From: a virus
Taxonomy: Duplodnaviria > Caudoviricetes
Length of the DNA stretch: 64,000 bases
IMG/VR virus record: IMGVR_UViG_3300029288_004137
Coordinates: 1 to 64,000 of that record
Strand: one strand, 5' to 3'
The notes beneath the pieces were generated by a model, which worked only from the letters and a program-made list of their open reading frames with translations, had not been told where the DNA came from and ran no database searches. The translations under genes and the position numbers were made by a program. Shown piece by piece: positions 1-11,025 of the stretch (its first letter is position 1; each line of letters opens with the position of its first letter).

Positions 1-2
1 TT

Positions 3-503
3 ACCAGCACCATCTAAACCTACTGATTGAGCACTATCTTCTAACATTAATGTATTATATTTCGTGCACATTTCTCTCACTTCTTTGACATCTTTACCAA
101 GATATCCATTGTGCTCCACAAACATAACTATTTTTTCATCATATTTATATTTTATCAAAAACTTTTCAACTTCATTAATGTCCATACACATAGTATCATA
201 ATTTACTTCACATAAAACTATTTCAAGATCCAAATATTTTATTACATTTGCTCCAGCAATAAATGTATAAGAAGGAAATAAAACTTTAACATTCTTTCTA
301 TTTTTTGTCATTGCTAATAAAGACAAAAATAATGCAACAGTTCCAGAAGTCGTTGCTATAGCATATTTTCTTCCTGTTAATTCACATAATTTCTTTTCAA
401 AATAAAAAACTTGATCTCCACTCCCAATCCATCCAGATTCTATCTGTTCTTTTACTCTTCTTGCATATTCTTTTGTCATCAACGGTTCATATTGATATAT
501 CAT
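3..503 (-). CDS. DegT/DnrJ/EryC1/StrS PLP-dependent sugar aminotransferase (runs off left edge)
   Basis: Manual translation MIYQYEPLMT..ESGWIGSG..FEKKL..YAIATTSGTVAL..PSYTFIAGAN..LEDSAQS; ATG overlaps the TGA of the upstream gene. Confidence 0.85.
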   Translation of the reverse strand, partial: MIYQYEPLMTKEYARRVKEQIESGWIGSGDQVFYFEKKLCELTGRKYAIATTSGTVALFLSLLAMTKNRKNVKVLFPSYTFIAGANVIKYLDLEIVLCEVNYDTMCMDINEVEKFLIKYKYDEKIVMFVEHNGYLGKDVKEVREMCTKYNTLMLEDSAQSVGLDGAG

Positions 504-1381
504 ATTACTTTACCTTCTGTTATTGCTCTATAAATTGTCGGCCACATATTATATTTATCAAGAATTAAATCTCTTGACTCTTGAATAGAAGATATCACAT
601 CTTCATAAGAATGTTTATCTAAAAATTCAAAAATTTTATTTATACTGCTTAAATCATCTAAATCGTCTATAAGATAAAATGAATTCTCTGGAAAAAACTT
701 TGATAAAATCTTTGATTTCCAATAAATAGGAAAACACCAACATAAAAATGCATCAGTTAATTGAGCTCCAAAATAATAATCATAATCATTATTATCGAAA
801 GCAAAATAATATTTAGACTTACTCAATAAATCAAATTTATTTTCTAGTGGTTTAGCATCATTAAACTGTAACAATTTATTCATTGTACCATAAAAAGATA
901 TGATATCCGGGTTTTTTTTCTTTATTTCATACAAATAAAGAAGTCTTTTTCTTTGCCCTTCAATTTGAGTCTTATTTGATTGAATGGTTGAAGCATATAC
1001 GTCCTTTTTAGGATTTTTAAAATCTTTTAAATCATCATATGTTTTCCCAATTCCACCTATTTTAGAATTCCAATAAAGCCATTTTGTAAAAAAATAACTT
1101 GTTCCTTCAATATAATCAAATTTTTTAATTCTGTCATCATTACTAAAATCGTCTATTCTGCCAGCTCCAGGAATTTCTCTACGAAAAAAAATAGTTCTTT
1201 CTGGAAATTCTATTGGTATCTCCGTATAATCCTGAACAATATAAAAATCTGCCTTATCATAATCAGTTGTAGCAATCATATCCTTCCAAATACCTTTATT
1301 TTTTGGTGTTTGACATCTTGCTAAATCTAATATTTTTTTTGAAGACTCTCCCCAAACTGGCATGAAATATATCTTAAACAT
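500..1381 (-). CDS. GT10 (fucosyltransferase-like) glycosyltransferase
   Basis: KFDLLSKSKYYFAFDN..YY..QLTDAFL..FPIYW is a variant of the GT10 YKF.LAFEN..Y.TEK..DA..PIYWG motif. Confidence 0.65.
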   Translation of the reverse strand: MFKIYFMPVWGESSKKILDLARCQTPKNKGIWKDMIATTDYDKADFYIVQDYTEIPIEFPERTIFFRREIPGAGRIDDFSNDDRIKKFDYIEGTSYFFTKWLYWNSKIGGIGKTYDDLKDFKNPKKDVYASTIQSNKTQIEGQRKRLLYLYEIKKKNPDIISFYGTMNKLLQFNDAKPLENKFDLLSKSKYYFAFDNNDYDYYFGAQLTDAFLCWCFPIYWKSKILSKFFPENSFYLIDDLDDLSSINKIFEFLDKHSYEDVISSIQESRDLILDKYNMWPTIYRAITEGKVI

Positions 1382-2630
1382 TTAATTCTCCTCTTTTCAT
1401 TAATCTTAAATCGTTCAAGTCTTTTTCTTCCTTTCTAAAAGACTTGAATATCTTTAGTGCTCTAATTGACATAAATTTTATACCAAAAAAAGAAAAATAG
1501 TTTTTAGGATTATAAATTACACCATCAATATGCCCTGGATATTTATCTTTTTCCTTATTATGACAATCTATATTATTATCTGTATAAGGTGGTACCTCTC
1601 CATGATATAAATAATCTATATCTCTACAATCTCTTATATTATATGCAGATAATACTGCACTACTTGTAACACAAACTTTATCTGTTTTTAATTCATTTAT
1701 CTTCTCAAATCTATCAAATATTGTTTTGAAATTTTGAGAATAAAAATTATTTAAATATAATTGCTTAGCATATGGAGAAGTATTCATAAATTCAATACTA
1801 TTTTTATTAAAAAACATAGAAACATTTCTTAATGTTTGTTCATATGTATCGTTTATATGTATAGAATGATTTTCAATTTTTGATATTTCTCTAAATTCAC
1901 CTTTTATTTTTTTTATATTTTCAAGATCTGATTCAACAACCACAACTTGCATTTCTCTATCAACATCTTTATTTGGAAAACAAAAATTAATTTTATTTTT
2001 ACAACCACCAAACAACCATTGCTCATTATGATAAAGAGATTCCATTAAATTATATAATCCATATAAAGTAAAATTTATTCTCTTTGAAAAAACATATGTT
2101 GCTTTATTCTCAATAACTTCTTTGATTCTTTCCCAATATTTTCTGGCAGAAGGAAACAAACAAATAACGAAAGTATTTTTCTTTAATAAACAATATTGAT
2201 ATACCATATAATCAAGATATTCTTCTGACAATCCTCTATTTTTAAAATAATCAAAAGAACAATCTATTTGCCCTTCGCTCAAAAAAGATTCTTTTGTTTC
2301 AACATCTTTATTAAAATAAATTGAAGAAGCAACCCTATGAGATCCGTTTAACATTTTTCCTTGATAAACAGGTATAATTGATATACTTTTGTCAAACCCT
2401 TTTTCTTTTATTGAATTCATTATACTCATAAACGAATCAATGTACTCTTTTTCTCCAACTTTTCTTGGATTTATTTCAAATAAATTATTCCAATTTCTTA
2501 AATGCTCTATATATAACTCTTTTCCCCAAATACTTTGAATATTTTCTTCCAAAAACTTGATATAAGTATATTTTGGAATAATGTCAGATCTAAAAGGAGT
2601 TAATAAGTTTAAAGATTTCATCATCCTCAT
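1374..2630 (-). CDS. ParB/Srx-like N-domain plus possible nucleotidyltransferase-like C-domain
   Basis: SIKEKGF..MLNGSHRVA (ParB-like); SSAVL..IRDCRDID (DxD). Confidence 0.45.
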   Translation of the reverse strand: MRMMKSLNLLTPFRSDIIPKYTYIKFLEENIQSIWGKELYIEHLRNWNNLFEINPRKVGEKEYIDSFMSIMNSIKEKGFDKSISIIPVYQGKMLNGSHRVASSIYFNKDVETKESFLSEGQIDCSFDYFKNRGLSEEYLDYMVYQYCLLKKNTFVICLFPSARKYWERIKEVIENKATYVFSKRINFTLYGLYNLMESLYHNEQWLFGGCKNKINFCFPNKDVDREMQVVVVESDLENIKKIKGEFREISKIENHSIHINDTYEQTLRNVSMFFNKNSIEFMNTSPYAKQLYLNNFYSQNFKTIFDRFEKINELKTDKVCVTSSAVLSAYNIRDCRDIDYLYHGEVPPYTDNNIDCHNKEKDKYPGHIDGVIYNPKNYFSFFGIKFMSIRALKIFKSFRKEEKDLNDLRLMKRGELNV

Positions 2631-3475
2631 CTATCAATTATGCTTACATTTATAAAATTCATTTTAAATTCTTGATGAATACAGTTTATCTTATCTTTGT
2701 CTATTTCAGGGACAATAACTATTCCATCGATGAATTTCTGATTCAATTCATCTAAAGAATAAAAATATTTTTTACCAAACGGATTTGACAAACTTACAGT
2801 TTGTACCATGTTCATACAAATATTAACAGTTTTAGAATGCTCAAAAGAATATATAAATTTACCAAAAATTTTATTGGCATTATTCGTAAAAACTTCTTCC
2901 ATTTTTGGTGGAGAATTAAAATTATGTTTTGAATAAAAATCATATAAAAACTTTCTGTTATAAACATGATTGTCAATACAAGATGGAAATCCAAAACATG
3001 CTCTTTTTAAAATTCTCCACTCCCACTTCAAATATTCCTTTTCATTCAAAAAAACAGGAATCTCAGGTAAATTTCCTTCATATGTAATATTTATATTTTT
3101 CCCAACCCTTAAAGAAAAAATATCATTGTATTTAAAATCAACTTTACTTAATGTTTCTGATATGTTTGCATCTTTAAAAAACATATTGTCATCACATAAT
3201 CCTAAAATATGATCTGATCCTTCTTTCTTAAAAATATCCAAAAGATCTTCTCTAAAAGAACTTTCCAATATAGGAATTATATCTAAATTTGATAAATCCA
3301 TATTAAATATAGACATTTTTTTAAAAAGTTTATTATATCCTTGTTTGAAAAAATCGTTTGAATATGTATATAAAACATAAATTTTTTCAACATCAATAAA
3401 ATGTTCATTAATACTTGTTAAAAGTAAATGTAATTGTGATGCTCTGTTCTTAGATAATATAAAACAATCTGTCAT
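2627..3475 (-). CDS. putative GT-A glycosyltransferase
   Basis: ILSKNRASQL N-terminus, LCDD motif, cluster context. Confidence 0.55.
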   Translation of the reverse strand: MTDCFILSKNRASQLHLLLTSINEHFIDVEKIYVLYTYSNDFFKQGYNKLFKKMSIFNMDLSNLDIIPILESSFREDLLDIFKKEGSDHILGLCDDNMFFKDANISETLSKVDFKYNDIFSLRVGKNINITYEGNLPEIPVFLNEKEYLKWEWRILKRACFGFPSCIDNHVYNRKFLYDFYSKHNFNSPPKMEEVFTNNANKIFGKFIYSFEHSKTVNICMNMVQTVSLSNPFGKKYFYSLDELNQKFIDGIVIVPEIDKDKINCIHQEFKMNFINVSIIDR

Positions 3476-4215
3476 AATTCATTTATCCTTTTATATTTTG
3501 GAAGTGATCTTATATAATTATCCATTCTTCTAACTTCTTTAGTTCTTACTTTGTAATCATTATTTTCTGTTTCAATATTATATACATAGAGAACATCAGA
3601 TAAATATACCACCTTATGACCTGCCATTTCTAACATTGGGAACATAAATGCCAAATCCCACGAAACCTCAAACCATTTTCCATCCATATCTTTAAAATCT
3701 TTTATATCAATTCTTTTAAATAATCCATATTTAAACGTTCTTAAATGAGAATACACCCAATCAGAACTTCTAAACAATGAATTTTCAACTATCTCAAATG
3801 AAGGTTGCTTTATCCAGTCACTTTTCATTCTTGAAGGATAATTCATATAACTGCCATACGTCAACCAACACTGTTTCTTTTCATATATCTCATTTACTTT
3901 TGTTAAAACATTATTGTATGGAAACCAATCATCACCATCTAATGTAATAATAATATCATTATCTCTTGGTTTTAAAAAATTAATTCCTTCATAATAATTT
4001 CTAAGACCATATTTTTTCTCTGTATTTTGAATGATTTTAAATCTTTGATCGTTTTTGATTTTCCCTTTTACAAGTTCAACTGTATTATCCGTAGACATAT
4101 CATCTATGAATACACATTCAAAATCTTTAAAATCTTGAATCAAAACACTTTCTATGGTCCTTTCTACCCATTTTGATACATTATACGCTGGTATTACAAT
4201 TTTAAAATGATTCAC
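3472..4215 (-). CDS. GT2 glycosyltransferase
   Basis: IVIPAYN..IDDMSTD..LDGDD. Confidence 0.9.
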   Translation of the reverse strand: MNHFKIVIPAYNVSKWVERTIESVLIQDFKDFECVFIDDMSTDNTVELVKGKIKNDQRFKIIQNTEKKYGLRNYYEGINFLKPRDNDIIITLDGDDWFPYNNVLTKVNEIYEKKQCWLTYGSYMNYPSRMKSDWIKQPSFEIVENSLFRSSDWVYSHLRTFKYGLFKRIDIKDFKDMDGKWFEVSWDLAFMFPMLEMAGHKVVYLSDVLYVYNIETENNDYKVRTKEVRRMDNYIRSLPKYKRINEL

Positions 4216-5054
4216 TTACACAACTCCTTTATTTGCTCTTCTATACTAGAAGAACAATATTCAAAATTATCAATGTAACCCCTTACACTATATAAAACAC
4301 GATTAACACCTATCGGTGTCTCAAATGGTTCTATTTCTAATTCTAATTTATATACATCATTCATAATATGAAGAATTTCATACTTAGAAACAATATTATT
4401 TAATGTATATAAATGGTATAATCCTTCTTTATATAAATCGTCAGATATTATTTTATTAATAATTTTAGCAAATGTTAAAACAGTCATTCCATTCCAAAAA
4501 TGATTCGTATATCCTTTAATCGTTTTTCCTTTTTTACTTATTGCCCATTCTAACAATTGAATTTTTTTCTTTTGTTCTTCACCAATCATACTTGTTCTGA
4601 GAGCAAGACAATTATTAGGTTCTCCTAAAGACTTTGATTTACCATACTCATCCAATGGATCATGTAAATCGTCTTCACAATAAGGTCCACTTATCCCAGA
4701 AAATACACAATCAGTTGTTATATGAATAAATTTAATATTATTATATCTACAAAATGTAGATATATTCCACGGAAAAACAGAATTTACATAAATACTTTCT
4801 GATAAATTCTGTTTCATAAATGGTCTTATAACACCAATACAATTTATAACATAATCACACCCAATCAATAAATGAAATGAATTAAAAGAATCGCCTAATG
4901 CCCCAAAATATAAACAATTTGTTACACCCATAGATTTTGCTAATTGAATGTTTCTCGCAAACGGTTTAATAATAAAACTTTTATCATTCTTTAGTTTATT
5001 ATAAACCGCATTACCTATCATTCCAGTAACACCTAACACTGCAATAGTTTTCAT
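4212..5054 (-). CDS. RmlD-like NDP-4-keto-6-deoxysugar reductase (SDR)
   Basis: GVTGMIG, HITTDCVFSG, YGKSKSLGE. Confidence 0.85.
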   Translation of the reverse strand: MKTIAVLGVTGMIGNAVYNKLKNDKSFIIKPFARNIQLAKSMGVTNCLYFGALGDSFNSFHLLIGCDYVINCIGVIRPFMKQNLSESIYVNSVFPWNISTFCRYNNIKFIHITTDCVFSGISGPYCEDDLHDPLDEYGKSKSLGEPNNCLALRTSMIGEEQKKKIQLLEWAISKKGKTIKGYTNHFWNGMTVLTFAKIINKIISDDLYKEGLYHLYTLNNIVSKYEILHIMNDVYKLELEIEPFETPIGVNRVLYSVRGYIDNFEYCSSSIEEQIKELCK

Positions 5055-6074
5055 TTAAATACTTTCCAATTGTTTTTGTATATAAGGCAAATTCAATAAA
5101 AGTTCCGTCAATTCTTTTTCATCCAATCTTTTTGTATTCTCAGATGTATAATCTTCTTTCTCAGAAATTAAATTATTCCCAGAATCAAAATAAGCACCAT
5201 AATTTAATTCCATTGAATTTGATTTAATTCTAAAATACTTATTCAATTCAGATGCTCTAACACGTTCTTCACTAGAAATTAATGTTTCATGTTTCTTCTC
5301 ACCATATCTAGTTCCGATAATTTTTATATTATTTTTAAAACCAAAAATGTTTATTAAAGAATTTGCAATAGACATAACAGTTGCAGCAGGAGATTTTTGA
5401 ACAAATATATCACCCGCACATCCATTTTCAAACGCATACAAAACAAGATTGACCGCTTCATCTATAGACATAAGAAATCTAGTCATATTTGGATCTGTAA
5501 CAGTTAACTCTTGATTATTTTTTATTTGTTCAATAAATTTAGGTATCACAGAACCTCTTGAAGTCATTACATTCCCATATCTTGTTCCACATAAAATAGT
5601 ACCATTATCATTCGCAAATTTTGATTTTGAAGTCATTATTTTTTCCATCAAAGCTTTTGACATACCCATAGCATTTATTGGATACACTGCTTTATCTGTA
5701 CTTAAAACAATCACTTTTCTTACTTTATGTTCTATAGCAGAATTAATAACATTATCGGCTCCCAATGAATTGGTATTTATTGCTTCAATAGGAAAAAATT
5801 CACAAGAAGGAACTTGCTTTAATGCAGCTGCATGAAATACTATATCAACACCGCTCATAGCATATTCAAGACTTTTTTCATTCCTTACATCACCAATAAA
5901 AAACTCCAATTTCTTACAATCATACTCATTACGCATATCATCTTGTTTCTTTTCATCTCTGGAGAATATACGAATTTCTTCTATATCTGATTTTAAAAAC
6001 TTATCTAATACTGCTCTTCCAAATGTTCCTGTTCCACCTGTTATAAGAAGTATCTTATTTTTAAATGATATCAT
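5055..6074 (-). CDS. fnlA: UDP-GlcNAc 4,6-dehydratase/epimerase (FnlA/WbjB/CapE family)
   Basis: ITGGTGTFG, FSRDEKKQDDMR, HAAALKQVPSCEFFP, LSTDKAVYPINAMGMSKA. Confidence 0.9.
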   Translation of the reverse strand: MISFKNKILLITGGTGTFGRAVLDKFLKSDIEEIRIFSRDEKKQDDMRNEYDCKKLEFFIGDVRNEKSLEYAMSGVDIVFHAAALKQVPSCEFFPIEAINTNSLGADNVINSAIEHKVRKVIVLSTDKAVYPINAMGMSKALMEKIMTSKSKFANDNGTILCGTRYGNVMTSRGSVIPKFIEQIKNNQELTVTDPNMTRFLMSIDEAVNLVLYAFENGCAGDIFVQKSPAATVMSIANSLINIFGFKNNIKIIGTRYGEKKHETLISSEERVRASELNKYFRIKSNSMELNYGAYFDSGNNLISEKEDYTSENTKRLDEKELTELLLNLPYIQKQLESI

Positions 6075-7701
6075 TATATGTTTCCTTAATAGCAGATATT
6101 AAAGTATTGTCATATCTCTTATAATTTTTATGATTTAATGTATTATTCCATTTTTGACTAACTGGATGTCCTCCATACCAATGGACCCCTATTGCATTGT
6201 TTGGTAATAATTCATAATTGTTTTGATCATATATCTTATGTAGATTCAAGAAATTATAAAAATAAAAAGTACTTGTATCTAAATTAATCACTCTTAAGTT
6301 TTTAAAGAAGTTTCTTATAATTTCAATATTATGATATTTAGTGTTTATCATTGGAGCCCCCAATGACTGATATTCATTCACCATTTCTTTTGTTTTACAC
6401 ATTTCTATTAAAGATCTATAATAAGGATTCTTATTTCCATGAGAAGACAAAACACCAATAAAATTACCATGATTAGGATCTATACAAACAACTGTGTCTA
6501 CTACATTATTAATTTTATCATTAAAATAAATTTTTGACATGGGTTTAATAAAAACTATATCCATATCAAACCAAAAACCACCAGATTGATATAATAAAGC
6601 CCATCTGAAATAATCAGATTTTTGTGCTTCAGACAAAGTTTCACCAAATTGCTTTGTATCTATATCAACTTCAATAATCTTAACTGCAAAATCTTTCTTT
6701 AACTTATCAAAATAATCATATTCTTGATGATAATCAACTGTATCGCTCTGATGAAATTTATCTTCCCATAATTTTTCTTTAACAAAGTTTTTTGGAACAT
6801 AAATCTTAACAGACCAGTCAGGATTCAATGTCTTAAAAGAATGAATTGTCATATATCTCAAAAATGACATTTTTTCAGATCCCCAATAAAAATTTGCAAC
6901 TTTGGGAATTTTTGACAAATGCCAATGAATATAATTATGATTTATTAATTGTCTCGTTAATACATTTGCTTCTGCAACACAAGATCTGTTCATAACAGAA
7001 AGAGCATCCTCTGGACATTTATGTGTCCCTAAGACTTCATCTATATATCCAACTCTTGAATTCAAAGACATTAAGACTTCCATATAATAATCTTCTCCAG
7101 GAATAAGTAAATATTCCCCACATTTGTCTTTCAATTTTTTTGTATACATATAATTCACACCCATATGACAAGCAGATTCGTTTATAGATGTCCATTCATC
7201 AACAAAAAATTCTTCCTTTGATAATTTTGTTCCATTCTCAAAAACAGGACACGTTTGAATTTCATATCCTTTGGGATATTTATTCGAAGGCGTTACCGAT
7301 CTCCAAATACCTTTTAAATAATCAGAAATAAAAGCTGACACTACAAGTTCTATGTCCCTATTTTTTTTAAGAAAATTAACAAGCGTTTCAATCATATGTG
7401 GAAACTTTCTATCATCTGATGAAACCCAAGTTTGAAATTCACCTTGAGCAAATTTGTGCCCATAATTCAAAGCTGCTCCTGGCCCTGCTATATTTCCGTG
7501 TTCTTTTGTATAGACTTTTATAAAATCATATTGACTTTCATAATATGCTAAAATATTTGGTGTATCATCTGTACTTCCATCATCAACAATTATAATCTCT
7601 ATCGGACGATATGTCTGATTGACCATATCATCTAAAGCTTTTGTTAGATGCTTTTCATCATTATATGTCGGAATAACTATAGAAACAAGATCTTTAATCA
7701 T
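6061..7701 (-). CDS. GT2 + GT32-like (DxD) fused glycosyltransferase
   Basis: N-term SIVIPTYN/VDDGSTD; C-term IPKVANFYW..KSDYFRW..GGFWFDMD. Confidence 0.8.
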   Translation of the reverse strand: MIKDLVSIVIPTYNDEKHLTKALDDMVNQTYRPIEIIIVDDGSTDDTPNILAYYESQYDFIKVYTKEHGNIAGPGAALNYGHKFAQGEFQTWVSSDDRKFPHMIETLVNFLKKNRDIELVVSAFISDYLKGIWRSVTPSNKYPKGYEIQTCPVFENGTKLSKEEFFVDEWTSINESACHMGVNYMYTKKLKDKCGEYLLIPGEDYYMEVLMSLNSRVGYIDEVLGTHKCPEDALSVMNRSCVAEANVLTRQLINHNYIHWHLSKIPKVANFYWGSEKMSFLRYMTIHSFKTLNPDWSVKIYVPKNFVKEKLWEDKFHQSDTVDYHQEYDYFDKLKKDFAVKIIEVDIDTKQFGETLSEAQKSDYFRWALLYQSGGFWFDMDIVFIKPMSKIYFNDKINNVVDTVVCIDPNHGNFIGVLSSHGNKNPYYRSLIEMCKTKEMVNEYQSLGAPMINTKYHNIEIIRNFFKNLRVINLDTSTFYFYNFLNLHKIYDQNNYELLPNNAIGVHWYGGHPVSQKWNNTLNHKNYKRYDNTLISAIKETYNDII

Positions 7702-8981
7702 TCAAAACTTACTCCAGTGTCAATTTCTTCACTAAGATCTTTAGTATCATTCTTACGCACTGCATCTATAAGATTATAAAATCTATTATACAATGTTTCT
7801 TTCTTAAATTTAACCTTTATATACTCAGAAAGCGTTTTTGCTTTGCTTTTATAAAAAGTATAATCTTTTGTGACTTTTCTCATCTGCTCTCTTAATGAAT
7901 TGGCATATGGATGGCACCAATTTGTTCCTTCATTTAAAACACCTTTCCACGCTTCTTGTTTTGTCAATGGTTTTAACTCATATTTAACAGGAGCACAATA
8001 AGGAACATCTGTTTCTTTTTTACCTATTTCCTTCAAATATTCATTAGGAATATACATATAATCAGTTAAAGAACTCCACACCGAAGCTACTACTGGTAAT
8101 TCACTTACCACTGCATCCATAATTGGAATACCAAATCCTTCACCATGTGTTGTAGTTACATATGCCTTAATTTTAGGATGATGATTTAAATATATCATTT
8201 GTTCTTCTGTCAATCTACCATGTAAAAGATAAATTTTACATTTCTTTTCACCAAGTCCATTAATAAATGCTCTTAACTTTGCTTTTGTAAAATGTCTGTC
8301 CATAAGGGACGATGTAACAACACCTGTTTTCAAAATAAGTCCTACCTTCTCATCATTCCTGAATTCCTCAACAAAATTTTGAATCATCATTTCAATATTC
8401 TTTCTTGGACCCATAAGAGCAACAGATAAAAAGTTAAAATCTGTCTTTAATTCAAGATCTAAAGTTTTGTCAGAAAAAGATGTTAATTCTGTTGCTGGGA
8501 ATCCTAAAACTTCAATTTTTGTGCTTAAAGGAAAATTAATCTTTTCTGCTGTATTCAAAAAACCTTGTTTAGAATGCTCAGAAGTAACAATAACCAAATC
8601 CATAGAATTAACTGCTTGCAACCACGATGGATCTACTGCATCAGTCTCAACTCCAGCAGTATCTCCAACATTATATTGAGCTAACATCTGCCATTCAACA
8701 GGAAGAGAAACCTGAATTGATATGTCTACATTTGAAGGTTCTATTCTTTGATTCTTACTAAATCTTTTTATTGTTTCAATAATTCTGAAATCTATCCATT
8801 TACGTTCTTCATCGTTTTCAACAATCCAACCAGTTTTGCCCCATGGTGTATTTACAATATAAGTCTCATATTTATCACTTCTTTCTCTTAACATTTTTAA
8901 AATAAAACGTGATCTTTGACCATATCCGCTTGCGGACAATGCCGGAGCTTTTACCACTACGATTATTTTTCCGTTTTCCAT
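7698..8981 (-). CDS. GT4 (GT-B) glycosyltransferase
   Basis: SGYG, RKNI, HGEGFGIPIMDA. Confidence 0.85.
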   Translation of the reverse strand: MENGKIIVVVKAPALSASGYGQRSRFILKMLRERSDKYETYIVNTPWGKTGWIVENDEERKWIDFRIIETIKRFSKNQRIEPSNVDISIQVSLPVEWQMLAQYNVGDTAGVETDAVDPSWLQAVNSMDLVIVTSEHSKQGFLNTAEKINFPLSTKIEVLGFPATELTSFSDKTLDLELKTDFNFLSVALMGPRKNIEMMIQNFVEEFRNDEKVGLILKTGVVTSSLMDRHFTKAKLRAFINGLGEKKCKIYLLHGRLTEEQMIYLNHHPKIKAYVTTTHGEGFGIPIMDAVVSELPVVASVWSSLTDYMYIPNEYLKEIGKKETDVPYCAPVKYELKPLTKQEAWKGVLNEGTNWCHPYANSLREQMRKVTKDYTFYKSKAKTLSEYIKVKFKKETLYNRFYNLIDAVRKNDTKDLSEEIDTGVSFE

Positions 8982-8992
8982 ATCTTAAACTC

Positions 8993-10255
8993 CTAAAGTT
9001 CTATTAATTCATAAGGTATATAAAGTTTTCTTGTATCCCAAGATCCATATTTTTCATGAACATACAACATAAGATCTACCCAAGACTTCTTATATTGCGT
9101 TATATCAAATCTTTTTAATATACTTTCTCTCGCAGATTCTCCAAGTGCTAATCTCTCATCTTTTGGCATATAAAAAATTTTCTTCATGGCATCAACAAAA
9201 TCTTCTCTTGATATTCTATCTTCATATATCCAAGGAATCTGTTGTGATCCTATAATATTCTTTGAAACTGGTTTTATACCTACTCCATAATATTTTTCAC
9301 CATCAAAAACTTGATCTTGAAGTCCGCCTGTCATATTAGCAATAATAGGTTTGCCACATGCCATTCCTTCACAAACATTTAATCCAAACCCTTCTGCTTC
9401 TGAAATATTTATTACACAATCACAAACACCATTTAAGGTTGCTATATATTCTATAGGATATGGTTCCATAGAAATAACAACTTGCCCTTTTGTTAATCCA
9501 AGATGTTCCATAATTGAAATCAAATTTGGTCCTTCTACATCAAAGGGATTAGTATGCATAAACAAAACAGACTTATCATGTCCAGTCTCATCAAGAAAAT
9601 CTTTATACCAAAACAGTAAATCACCAGAATTTTTTCTTCTTGCATTTCTATTATTCCAAAACCACACAAACTTATTATGTGATGCACCAAAAATTCTTAA
9701 TCTCTGATTTTCAAATTCTTCTTTACTTAAAGGTTTAAAAATATTTGTATCAACCGCATGAGGTAAATAAACCCTTTCAACATTTGGGGATACTTCTTTT
9801 ACAATGTCATCTGTTAATTTGGATATTGTAGCAATCACATCTGTAGACTTGTAGATTGTTTCATTAAAAGTTGGAGTTGGTTTATTGTCCCAAACATGAT
9901 AATAAACCATAGGAATCAATGGTCTTATTTCATCCTCCATCTGCCATAACCATCCGAAAAACCTAGGATCTGTCATAAACCACAATATATCTGGTTTTTC
10001 TGTTCTTAGAATAGATCTTACTAATTCTGGATTTCCAAATTCTATCACAGGATAGATCGTCCAATCATCTCCCCATTTCTCCGTTTTTGTAGGTTGCATA
10101 CTTTGATGTTTCAATGCTCCACCAAAAGAAATAAAACAAAACTTTCCAGTTTCAAGTAAAGATTCTATGAAAAGCTTCGTTTGATGTGCAACACCTGTAG
10201 GATACAAAGGATGATCACTAAGTGTTAAAATTTTTATCTTTTTCTCATTTTCCAT
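8993..10255 (-). CDS. GT4 (GT-B) glycosyltransferase
   Basis: NRNARRKN, AEGFGL..EGMACGKP; start moved to the ATG following AGGAGG. Confidence 0.85.
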   Translation of the reverse strand: MENEKKIKILTLSDHPLYPTGVAHQTKLFIESLLETGKFCFISFGGALKHQSMQPTKTEKWGDDWTIYPVIEFGNPELVRSILRTEKPDILWFMTDPRFFGWLWQMEDEIRPLIPMVYYHVWDNKPTPTFNETIYKSTDVIATISKLTDDIVKEVSPNVERVYLPHAVDTNIFKPLSKEEFENQRLRIFGASHNKFVWFWNNRNARRKNSGDLLFWYKDFLDETGHDKSVLFMHTNPFDVEGPNLISIMEHLGLTKGQVVISMEPYPIEYIATLNGVCDCVINISEAEGFGLNVCEGMACGKPIIANMTGGLQDQVFDGEKYYGVGIKPVSKNIIGSQQIPWIYEDRISREDFVDAMKKIFYMPKDERLALGESARESILKRFDITQYKKSWVDLMLYVHEKYGSWDTRKLYIPYELIEL

Positions 10256-10266
10256 CAAATATCCTC

Positions 10267-11025
10267 CTAAGAACAATATTTTGTTTTCTTAAAATCACAC
10301 TTATCACAATTTAATTTGTTTTTAACATAAAAATTATTTTGTAAACTAAATAATGCTTTATTCATTAATTCTAAAGCATTGTTAATTTTTTTCTGTCCAG
10401 AAGTAATCTTTACAAATTCTATTCTATCTTTTTTTGCTGTCCTTTTTAACAAGATAAAGTATGTTTCTACCTTTTTAGGATCTATTTTTAATTCTTCAAG
10501 CAAGAAATATTTATAAAATGCAAGTTGATAACCAGTTAATTTATCTGATTTTTTTCTTGCATCCCATCCCCAAGAAGTTGTTTTCCAATCAATAATTTTA
10601 TATTCATCACCAATTTTTATTATAAGGTCTATATAACCAAGAAAATTCATTTGTTCGTTTAAAGAATATTCTATTCTTTTTTCTGTACTAATAACTTCAA
10701 AATCACCAAATCTATTTTTTATCGCTGGAACTGCTTCTTCTAAAAGAAGCACAGACTGTTCTCTTAAAGTGTTTATTAACTTTTCATCACATTTTTTTAA
10801 GCACATTATTTCCTGCTCAAACTTTTTCTTAAATTCATTATGTTTATCAAATTTTTCATTTAACAAAAGATTTTCTATAACATAATGCATAGAACTACCA
10901 AAAGCAGTAAATTCACTGTGATTAAATTCTTTTACTTTATCAACATAAACAATCTTATATGAATAAGGACATTTATTCCACTGATTTATGGCAGAAAAAC
11001 TTATATGCTTTTTTTCTTCATTCAT
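10267..11025 (-). CDS. PD-(D/E)XK exonuclease, RecB/Cas4-like
   Basis: SFSAI..CP, GYIDL..IIDWKT, QLAFY, C-terminal CxxC..C. Confidence 0.85.
   Translation of the reverse strand: MNEEKKHISFSAINQWNKCPYSYKIVYVDKVKEFNHSEFTAFGSSMHYVIENLLLNEKFDKHNEFKKKFEQEIMCLKKCDEKLINTLREQSVLLLEEAVPAIKNRFGDFEVISTEKRIEYSLNEQMNFLGYIDLIIKIGDEYKIIDWKTTSWGWDARKKSDKLTGYQLAFYKYFLLEELKIDPKKVETYFILLKRTAKKDRIEFVKITSGQKKINNALELMNKALFSLQNNFYVKNKLNCDKCDFKKTKYCS

Noticed and set aside
10267-11025. cas4 of a CRISPR locus
   Set aside because: Solo PD-(D/E)XK nuclease typical of phages; no other cas genes or array
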